From NCBI GenBank assembly GCA_048128005.1, contig JBEUKZ010000101.1, forward strand, positions 186,001 to 250,000: DNA of 64,000 nucleotides, given 5' to 3'. The stretch comes from Veleropilina oligotropha. Lineage: Eukaryota. Shown in pieces: positions 27,001-39,000 of this stretch (its first letter is position 1; each line of letters begins with the position of its first letter). Under the pieces are notes generated by a model. It was not told the origin of the DNA. It ran no database searches and saw only the letters and a list, made by a program, of their open reading frames with translations. The position numbers and the translations under genes are program-made.

Positions 27001-30000
27001 ATTCAATATCATTTCTCGAGTAAAAGGTGGTATCAATACAAGAACCACTGTCCGATATGTCTTGCCCTTTTAGATTTAGGAATTTACTAGAATGGTGTTT
27101 TGACCATCTCATATGCAATCATTGAAAAACTTTAGCTGAAAATGCTAAGTCCAAAAACACATAAGTTATGTATCAATTATATGAAATTATATTTCAATTA
27201 GGTGATATCTATATAAACAATACCCAAGCATACATCTTCCAAAAAGTGATTTTAGTAACCAATATCCACTAAATGAAAATCTTCAACCAAAAACTTTAAC
27301 CATAATTTCTATGTCCACAAACACCACTTTATTTTCAATAATTATATTAAAATGTTTTCCATATTACTGGCAGAGTATCAGGTGACATCCATACAACCAA
27401 TAACAAAGCATATATATGCCAAAAAGTGCATTGAGCAAGCCATATACACTTGATGAAAACCTTTAACCCTAAAGTTCACCTAAATTTCTATGTCCCAAAA
27501 GAACACCATATTTCCATTAATATTAATAAAATTTATTCCATATTACTTCCAGAGTATCAGGTGACATCCATGCAACCAATAACAAAGCATATATATGCCA
27601 AAAAGTGCCTTGAACAAGCCATATACACGTGATGAAATACTTTAACCTAAAGTTCACCTAAATTTCTATGTCCAAAAAGACCACCGTATATCCATTAATT
27701 ATATTAAAATTTATTCAATATCACTGCCAGAGTATCAGGTGACATCCATACAACCAATAACAAAGCATATATGTGCAAAAAGGTTCCTTGAGCAAGCCGT
27801 ATATACTTGATGAAAAACTTTAACCTAAAGTTCACCTAAATATCTATGTCCAAAAAGACCACTATATTTCAATTAATTATATTAAAATTTATTCAATATC
27901 ACTGCCAGAGTATCAGGTGGCATCCATACAACCAACAATAACAAAGCATATATATGCCAAAAAGTGCTTTGAGCAAGCAATATACACTTCATGAAAAACT
28001 TTAACCGAAAACTTTAACCTAAAATTTGCCAAAATTTCTATGTCGCAAAAGACAACTATATTTCCATTAATTATATTAAAATTTAATCAATATCACTATC
28101 AGAGTATCAGGTGACATCCATAAAACCAATAACAAAGCATATATATGCCAAAATGTGCCTTGAGCAAGCCATATACACTCAATGAAAAACTTGAACCAAG
28201 ATGACACGACGACAACGCCGACAACACGGGAAAAAGCAATCCCTTAGTCTCGCTTTCCTACGGGGCGAGACAATAAGCATCACCAAAGAATACAATAATG
28301 GAACAGAACGAAAATTCACTCAACGTTAAAAAAAATTTCTTCTATGACCACAAACACTAATTTCACATGTTATTTATATTATAAATCACTTGCAGATGAG
28401 GGAGCAGCATCAATATAGTCAACACTACAGTGTATGGATGTAAAACAGTGCCTAGAACAACCCATATGCCCACTGAAAAATTTCAACAAAAACTTTCTTT
28501 AACTAGAAACTTTAACCAAAATTCCTATGTTCAAAAACACCTACATTTATGCAATAATTATATTAAATTTTATTCAATCTCACTTCCAGAGTACCAGGTG
28601 TCATCCATATAATGCCTACAAAAGAATATATACCAAAAAGCATCATGGGCAAGCTACATACACTCAAATCGAAACTTTAACCCAATTGTTTACGGACAGA
28701 CGGACATGGCAACAACAATATCCCCCGCTACCCTTTGGGCGGGGATAACAAAACTTTTAACCAAAATTTCTATGTCCACAAACACCTATTTTTTGCAAAA
28801 ATTATACACATGTATTAAATTTAATTCAGCATCACTTCCATAGTATCAGTTGACATTCATATTATCAATACCAAAGCATATATACACCAATATCTTACCT
28901 CCAACAAGTTTCCACGATAGCGATTGGGTTAGACCCATCACGTGTCGACGGTGTATAAACCATATGCAGTTACTTCACCTCCATATGGGGTCGGTATAGA
29001 GTTATCGCCCCTGTCAGTGCCTGTGGCTTCTAAATCGATAAACAATATGGCGGCCAAAAAACGGTTCGCGCAGACGACACCACAGGAATGTGACCGGTTT
29101 AGACAGGTTAAAGTGTAAAACAAGGTTGTCGGTAAGATATATTCGTTACATGGTGCTTTAGTGACGTAATATGGTATATACAAGGTGAGTAGAACTCATA
29201 TCAGGCTCGAGCTTCGCTCTCGCCTGATATGAATTCTACTCACCCTGTATATACCATATTACGTCACTAAAGCACCATGTAACTAATAATATGTTATGAT
29301 AAAAATGTTTTACTCACTTTGGAACAGAAGTTTGAAACGATTACGACGTTTCGACCGCTCAGCTAGCAGTCTTGGTCACGTAATGATGTTGGCAACCAAC
29401 ATCATTACGTGACCAAGACTGCTAGCTGAGCGGTCGAAACGTCGTAATCGTTTCAAACTTCTGTTCCAAAGTGAGTAAAACATTTTTATCATGACATTTC
29501 TTGGAACCAATAACAACATCTTCTCAACTAATAATATGTTGTTTCAGCAACCCATATACACTCAATGAAAAAATTTAACCAGAAACTTTAACCAAAATTT
29601 ATATGTTCAAAAACAACTACATTTATGCAATAATTATATTAAATTTTATTCAATCTTACTTTCAGAGTACCAGGTTTTATCCATATAACGCATACAAAAG
29701 CATATATATGCCAAAAAGTATCATGGGCAAGCTACACACACTCAATTCGAAACTGTAACCAAATTGTTTACGGACGGACGCCCAGCCGGACGTACGGACG
29801 GACATGGCAACAACAATATCCCCGCTACCCTTCGGGCGGGGGATAAAAATGATCACTGCATTCAAAAGTAATAACTCACAGCCTTTAACTATTTACATAA
29901 CAAACTTATGTACTGTAAACATCTGAACCGAGTCGATATAACTTCCATAATATGTTGTTCAATCAACGAAGAGATTATGTTCAATTTTCATATATTCTAA

Positions 30001-33000
30001 TAACAACACAAACATAACAAGTTAAGGATGGACATTTTTACATTTTAAATTTTATTTTATTTTATGTAATAACAAACTGTTTACGCAGCTGTGTGATGCG
30101 TGTGGAACACAGCGATCTTTACGCAGCGCAATACGCTTCACGCATTACACACACAGGAAATCATTCCAATTGATGTCAGTACATTTCGTTTAACACACAT
30201 TACGCATCACGCGACATGGGTTCGTAGCTTGAGTGTCTCTTGTATGAAAAATGCATGTTGATTGAAGCCGATCATTCTACCGACAGATTTGGGAAGCCAT
30301 TTTATTTCATTAACATGAATACATAGAAATTTAAAATAACAAAATATAAATATTTCATTAGGTAACATGTACAATTATTTTCATTTATTTTTTAGGCTCT
30401 GATTATCACCTTCTCATTGAGTTTAGAGCTGTCATTACTTCTTCATAATAATGAATAATGAAGATAAGTATTTCTTAAAAAAAATATCAGATATAATAAT
30501 TAATGTAAGTACTACCGTACTAATTGTATGCAACAAGAATTGCAAGAACATTTTAATACCAAATAAACTCAAGTTCAGTTTTATGTATTTGAGAATCAGT
30601 CGCAATATTCTTCTGAAAATTTATTTATCGTCTATGTATATCAAGTAGTCATGGACCAAAATATTATCCATTTGCCATATATTTGTGTATTTAATATGTT
30701 CAGTTCATTGGATGCCAGAAGAAACTCATTGTTTTTATTCTTAAAATTTCTTTATACACAATTTTATAGCTGAAATATATTTCAAGAACTGCACTGAAAC
30801 AAATAAATATTGAAATATATAGAAATTTATTATTATGCTGTTCACATCAATACTTATGTATGTGTAAACATTGAAATAATTAATTATTGTCAAGTCCACA
30901 TGAAGCCTTAAAGGTTTACATTGAAACGTTACGATTCATCAAAATCTTAGCACATCAACACCGCATTGTGTTATTGATATTGATGTCATCCATCAATACT
31001 CACAATGCCTGATTATATACCTATAACAACTCGCCTACGCAAAATGGATTTATTATAATAAGCTCAGTCATTTGTCTTGTCCTACCCTGTCAAGCCCTCT
31101 GAATTATGCAGAACAAAGCGAGCGCTGTGGTGAGGCTGATAGGCCGAGGCCAGGTGAGTCATTCTGGCTCGCAACTGGGTCATTCTACGTGCTTGAGCGA
31201 AGATGTCATGAATACCGCCAGGTACAAACGTATTGGTGAATACCTGCAACGCTGCGACAATCAGTAAAGTAACGACTGCAGCTCTGAGTACAGTATTATT
31301 TCAAGAAAAATCTTTGATATGTTGAGCTGATAGTAAATATATACTAGAATAGGTAAGTAAATTCCATGTAAAATTTGTTTAAAATTATGGTAAATATATT
31401 ATAAAATTGGTGGAGGGTATGCTTGTTTAAGAGATGTCTGTTGAAATACCTGTGGCCTGCTAATGTGTACAGAAGAGATTAGACCAAAGTATTATTAACA
31501 GCAATCTACTGGTGGATAAGTACTTAATACAGGTGAGTGTACAGGTATCAATAGATCTTTATTTCCTAAATATTCATGACTACAATCTACCTGTGGATAT
31601 AATATTAGACATAAGAAAAACATTCATGAGTGTGTATCAGTAAATCTTTATTTTGAAATACATAGTTTTAAAATTATATATAACTTTTCTTAAAACAATA
31701 AGGCAAGTCCTAAAATGATAGCTATACCTGTCACAGTAGATTATATATAAAAAGTACATTTTACATATTTCATATTATACATAATTATATGAATATACCC
31801 TAATGCTTGTAATATCTTGAAATGAGTCATATGTAAATAAGTATGATTGATACTGTATTAATTCTCGTAAGTTAACAAACAAAGGTATATAACAATATCG
31901 TGGCAAGTACACTTAACATAAGCAGAACTAAATGGCCATTAAACTCCACTTGATAAACGTTACACAATATTGGGTGTCACAAAGACCATATATCTAATGA
32001 GTTATAAATAAAAGGAGTGGAGAAAGATAGCCTAAGGATTAGCAGTGCTATGTTGCAGGCTAAAATATTTGTCAACCATATAAAAATGGAGGTTAATTCT
32101 CAGACATGATAATTTCAAAGAGATCTGGTTTAAAGACTTCACACAAGAAGTATGCTTCCTTGACTATATAAAAAAGTGTTCTAAGCTTAGAAATAATGTC
32201 AATTATGAAGACTATGCATTCCAGACGACATCATATGTTAATGTCAAAGCACAAGGTTTACTTTTATTTCCTGTTCACTGTACAAAGATATCTAAACTTA
32301 CTCGGATCATTTATATGATATTATATGACCAACATAACTTAAATTTTATAATATATAAATAAATTTAAATATAATAGAATGTAGCGCAATTATTTAATGC
32401 AAGCCAATGACAATTGCAAATATTTTTAAAATTTGACTTAAAGAGACTATTGCCCGTAAATGCGCTCTTTCTTTTTTAAAAAAGAAAACTAACCGCAAAA
32501 CTAATACTCAACTTTCATCAGTAATTTGCTACCATTTAAATGAATCGCTACTGTATATTTAAAATAAATAAACGTGGTCCGCGTTTAATTACCTCGCACA
32601 GAGTGCATTAACAATTGACCAAGTTGGAGCACAGTTGCGTAGGTTTCAGCTCGTCAATTAAAGATAGCTGCCTACTTGACAATAACATATATTGCCCAGT
32701 TACAATAATAATTTCAATAAAATTCTATCATTTGATCATATATCGATCATATCTTCATGAAATTTGTATCAATCTGCGCGAACCATGCGATAGGGGGTGA
32801 TCAGTCATGCTACAGTCACGAAAAGAGTGCATTTACGGGCAATAGTCTCTTTAAATTTGTTCAGTAGTTCAATATTTACCATTGAATTTTAAAATATAAC
32901 ATTATCAAATACAAGAATGATGAGATCTTTTACAGTAATTTTGCTTTAGTAATAAAATCATGTAATTCTCCCATTTTTTAACTACATATATGATGCATAT

Positions 33001-36000
33001 GCCTAATTTATAAAGGACTGAGTGTGCAAATTCACCAACATTCCAACACAAATCACAAACTAATCATCTGTGATCAAGGCACTAATTAATCAATCGTTTG
33101 GTGGAAATCGAATATGAAAAAAGAAACATTTAGCAGATCAATGTGCTATGGACAATCAATCAATTAACCTGTAAATATGCCTGAGGCATAATGAATTAGA
33201 TGGATCATATCAGTCCATAAAGCAAACAATAACATTGCATATAACGTCAGAGACTCAGATCATAATATTATCATAATACATCGAATAATCATTCAAATAA
33301 TTAATTGCGAGTATAATTATTAAAATTTTCAGGAACTGATTTAAAACATTTGAAACTTCCCCCTAGTTGCAGGTTAATGGCCCATAATTTAGTCTACTGG
33401 CACATAATGCTCAGCACAGACATGCTTAACTACTCTATTGTTGTTTTCTTAGCTAAAACAATGGTGTCAACATGTTGATTTAATTAGAATTTGAAATTTA
33501 TTTATATATAATTAAATAAATACCACATGGAAATTATTATGTTCAAAATGGCTGCTTTTAATGAACAAAATTGGGTTTAACCACAACCTGGACTCGTACA
33601 ATAAATCCACATACTGTACAAGCACAATAATGTATAATAATTGATAATTTAAAGGAATATGTATCAGTTATCTGTCTTATTGCTTTTTAGATTTTCAAAC
33701 CAGTATACTTCTTAAAAGTTAAAATTTAACACCTTTTCAAAAGAATAACAGAAAATTTGTTCTTTTGGGTATCAGAATGACTGCTGCATTACTGTTATCA
33801 CATTGATTATAAATCCTTGTTTAATTTTTAATTTTCGGTTGGCACAATTATCTTAGTTTATATATGAACATTGAACATCATATGCACCATCAGTGCTGTA
33901 ACAAGACCCATGAACATCATATGCACCATCAGTGCTGTAACAAGACCCATGTGGATTGTGGCTTGAGTGACACAACTCCAATATGCACATGCACACAGGT
34001 GCGATACTCTAGTGCAACTAAAGGTAAACAGTCAGTGTCAATCAGCCATGACTAACCCAGGAGTCACCTGGGGCCTGCCATTGTTTATCAAGCAAACAAG
34101 TCTGAATCTGCAAGACTGTAATAATTGCTTCAATGAGTAGACAGACTATCATTGTTTCATAATCATGAACTCCCATAGCTCAACTAAATCAAGCAAGAGA
34201 AATTGATTTTATTTACAACATTGTCCATTTCATTGATGTCCATTTCATTGTTGTCTGACCCAGATACGCTTGAGTGCTCACGACATGTTTGTCATTCCAA
34301 GACGACAATACTCGAGGAGTGATAGCTCCCAAATAAGGTGAGGCTAAATCCAGTGTCAAACGACACAGGTAAGCGAGAGTCGTCACAAAAGCGCCCTTGT
34401 TAGAAGTGAAGCGTTTAGTATTTGCTCAACGTGACACAGAATTTAACACAGTGTAATCCTATAGGTGACAGCGAACAGTGGGTTAACTAACAGCATTTAG
34501 CCATCTGCGACAACCAGACAGCAGTATTATAGCCAGGTAGGTGTGCTTATGGGTGAGCGAAGATTCAGGGTTATCATATCATAACTATGTTCCATTTCAA
34601 GGTATCAACATGTTCCTAATCCTACTACAAGTGGAAGAACTGGTGCATCAAAACACAATATACACTTATAATGTGGTATGTGGATAAGCAAGCAGTCATA
34701 TACAGTGTAGCAGCAAATGACTTGTTATTGTTTATGTGCTATCATGATAACTGCCTTTTCTCCTTGAAGCAGGTAGTTGTAGCATGTTATGAAATAAACT
34801 GTCTATCATTTCAAGAATGGATAATAAATAGTAAAAATAAATTCACTTACATTGAAACGTTGCTCGTGAAATGATTATGACCTTTCAGTCGTAATTGTTG
34901 TAGCATGTTTTTATAGTATAACAATGGTATGGCAAACACGATAAACACATACACATTATTATATATTTCCTGTTTATAGAGACATAATCTTAATGACCAC
35001 AACAGTAGTTGTGCTGATAAGAGTACAGACTCTGAAATCAGAGGCGACTGCTCTGTTTAACAGTAGTTGAGCTGACAAGAGTACAGACTCTGAAATCAGA
35101 GGCTTGACTGCTCTGTTTAACAGTAGTTGAGCTGACAAGAGTACAGACTCTGAAATCAAAGGCGACTGCTCTGTTTAACAGTAGTTCGAATGCTAGGCTG
35201 GGTCACTTTATTTAGTGATGGCGGGTTTTCCGGGCAACTCGATTTTCGTGGAGGCTGTTTAACCAGACATTAAGCACTGCATTAAACGTATGATCCTGTG
35301 ATCTTATGAAGATCAACTACTTCATATATTTCATCGTCCAATACACAAATGACAACCAATAAAGATGTTGATCAGTAAAATTTTGAATTTCCCTAATGTG
35401 TTGTAATCTGCATCACGTGTCCATCACATTTTAAATACACTAGAAGGAACTCGATATTATCCTCATGATAGACCGACCCCCTTCTGAAATAATCACAATA
35501 ACTTGTTACTAGTTCCTCATGAAATGTCTTTCTTTATTTCAGACATCAAAGGACAACAAGACTTCGTGTCTTCGCTCTTGGTTTCCGTGGACGTCATGTC
35601 TTCGATCGTGCTTTCCGTGTGTCTTCTGCTCCCATTCGTCCATTCTTCGCTCTCTGCGTGCATCAGTCCCATCACAGAATGCAACTGCTTCACAACGACG
35701 GACGGGAACATCATCGACTGCGCCAGAAAAGGATTAACGTCTATCCCAATGATAGCAACCTCAACGGAACAATTCTACTCGCTGCTTCTCAACGACAACG
35801 ACATCACAACAATACGTGAAGACGCCTTCAATGGCCTCAACGTTCTGCGGCTAAACATGCTGAACAACGCCCTCAATAATATATCCGTGGCGGCATTCCA
35901 AGGCATAGAGGGAACTCTGCAGGAAATATTGTTAGAGGGCGACGGAAACGAGGGCCCTCCGTTCGACGCGCTGCAGCCTCTATCTGGATTACGAGTGTTA

Positions 36001-39000
36001 ACCCTGCACAGTTTCCATTTACCATCCATAAATCCGAACAATTTAGGATATTTCGAAAACTTGCAAGAATTGGAACTTCGCAACTTTGCACTGAACTATA
36101 TACATCCGGACACATTTTTAAATGTCACTAATCTGTTGAAGCTTGACCTACGTAGTAATTCGTTTACAAGTCTTCCACTGACCGCCATGCAACAGTTAAC
36201 CAAGCTGAGATATCTCAGCTTTGAGGGTAACAGTATTGATGAGATCGGCCCAGACGCATTTAGCACAATGACAAGTCTCCAGGATTTAAACTTGATACAA
36301 AATGCCATCGCCACTCTTGACTCAAATAGTTTCCGCGGCTTGGAATCGTCTCTACAATATTTAGGATTGAGCATAAATGCATTAGACAGAAACGATTTAG
36401 CTGCCTTCTCTATTCTACGGCAACTGCAGCAGTTACCTCTGGCACATAACAGCATCGAAGCAATCCCGGCAGGCGTGTTTCAAAACAATGCAGATCTGCA
36501 GTACATAAATATGAACAACAACCAGCTGCGGACTCTAGACCAGTCGATGCTGGTCGGTCTGGACCAATCGCTCGTCCATCTGGACCTGTCCGAGAACCCG
36601 CTGGAAACGATTGCTGATAACACGTTCGAAAACTTGCGTCATTTACAAGAATTGAACTTATTTGAGTTAACTCTCGGAGTCAGTCTGTCCTGGACGTCAG
36701 TGGTTGGCCTAGAATCTTCTCTCATACGTCTGGATCTTCGTGCATCAAGAATTCAAGCTACGGACTCGTTTTGGCTCGCTCTGAAAACCCTGACGTATCT
36801 GATCGAATTGGATTTATCCGATAACAACTTGAACGACGTACCAAAGTTTGCATTTCAAGGAAATATTCACCTGCAAAGTTTGAAACTGGACCAGAATAAC
36901 TTGAACAATGTCTCACAAGAAACGTTCTTTGGATTACGGGATACCCTGAATGCGGTCTCTTTGCGAACGAACTCGCTAACGACGCTGGAAGAATGCGTCT
37001 TTCAAAATTTCACTAAGCTCACTGCAATTCAACTGGGCAGTAACCCACTTCATTGTGATTGCAAACTTCGCTGGCTACGAGTTTGGATGGACGAAACTAT
37101 GCATCCTGATGTGATCCCATTTACGGCATGGCTGTGTTCCAGCCCCCCTGAACATAATGGGGATAGATTTGTGGATCTATTACCAGAGAATTTCACTTGT
37201 TCTGGCAACTCATCTACATCGATCTGTGTAAATTATTACACCACGACACCGATACCGACAACAAGCATTACTGAACTCCCTACAGCACCCCCCACAAGCA
37301 CCACGCAGGCCCCTACGACGCAACCAACGACAACGATCGAACCCCTAACCCTCCACATTGATGCCGTCATCAGAACAGACTCCCTAAAGGTCACGTGGAC
37401 CCTAAATTACCAATCGGAATACATTGATGCATTTTACGTCACACATGAAGATATCGGAGCGAAAAAAAGTGAACAAAGCAGGGATTTACACAAATCGACA
37501 CGGGTATACGATATCGTCGACTTAACACCGCACACACGCTACGAGGTTTGCGTGTGGCCGAGAGTCGCTCATGGCGGTTTTGTGCAGGGCTGTAAGTCGT
37601 TTCAGACAGAGGCGGTGACGACCACCGTGGCACCCACAACCTCAGATCAAGGTCAACTAATCGGCATCATCGTGGGGTCGATCGTTGGTGGGATCGTCTT
37701 GATCGTCGTAATCATCGCTATCGCCTACATCTTGCTGAAAGGAAAGAAGAAAAAGCCGGAGCATGTATACTCCGAACCGATCGACCCCAAGCCATGGAGC
37801 ATGTCGGAATCGTCCAAACCACCGAACAGTAAACGCTACGTCAAAAAGGAACCAAAGAAAGGTGACGTAGATCGCAATATAAACATCCAGATTATCTCAG
37901 AGGGAAAAACCGATCCCGGGAGGTTATCTGCAGGGAGTTACCAGTATTTACGGACAGCGGATATGGACCCGGACAGTGAAATGCGGGAATCGAGCGACCA
38001 GAAACACTCCGATCACGTGAAATCTCAAAACATGAACGGTCGACCACTGCCGCTACCACCGGGCCCGGACAATTACGTGATATCACCAGATGATGAGTTT
38101 GAATATAAACCAAAATATTACGAAATACATCTATAAAACTTCAAAAAAGGATGATTATGAATGTGTGATATTATTGAAGCAAGATCTGAGTACATGAAGT
38201 GTGAATTAATGATGTTATGCGTTATCTGTTTGCAATGATGTATAATAGTATTACATTATTTAATATTATATACATATCAAAATGGACATTAGCTTGTATG
38301 TTGTGATATCTGAATGACATTGCCCAATTGGACTGGATCGAGCCTGGGTCAGTGCTATCCTTCTAATTCTTGTGCTATCGGATGATGACTTATATGCATC
38401 AAAATCAATTCATCAGCTGTTAACAAACAGCCCCCGATGAGACGCAGTCATCTATTATAACAATACATTCCTTTATGACCCACAAACAACAAATAATTTC
38501 ATATTTATAGTACCAGATAACACTTAAATGTATTTGAAAGTTCCATAATAGATCGGAATTTCTAGAACTATACAATCGATAGTCATTAGTACATGTACAG
38601 CAATATTTATTATGATGTTATTTATCAATATGTATATAATGTAAATAACTCCATCGTATCATTTTTATACATTTATTATTTACTTTCATCTGTTTTATCA
38701 TCAAAAATATTTCTTCTACGCATCCTGCATTGATGTAACCTGGTGAGACACCAGCCTTGAGGCTGAAGTAACTTAATAACTCGGTTACCATATGCTACGT
38801 CAGCCTTGAGGTTAGAGCGACTTAACTCGGTTTATTTATGTATTGCAAGTTGCATATTGTTACCAGTTTTGTATTGTGATTGTTAATATTGTGTATGTTT
38901 ATTATTTTTGCAATAAGATATATAAATATAAAGAAACGTATTCATTTTGTCTGATCTATTAACAGAATGAGGACATAAACAAATTAACAAATTATAGAGA

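Larger units (their letters stand above)
18253..28461. repeat. Tandem segmental duplication: copy A about 18253-22694, copy B 22695-28461
   Basis: Near-identical sequence at offset 4442 (ORFs 18811/23253, 19330/23772, 19750/24192); junction CTAGAACAAC|AGCTATGG. Confidence 0.93.

Noticed and set aside
18811..27090. Pairs of short near-identical ORFs suggesting a small gene family
   Set aside because: By-products of the tandem duplication of AT-rich intron sequence, with no coding features.
35503..35595. N-terminal extension of the LRR ORF shown in the ORF track
   Set aside because: It starts at TTG and crosses a polypyrimidine/AG acceptor; the signal peptide begins at ATG 35596.
35596..38136. 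Toll-like receptor or a specific FLRT ortholog call
   Set aside because: No TIR domain, and more LRRs than FLRTs; orthology cannot be assigned without a phylogeny.
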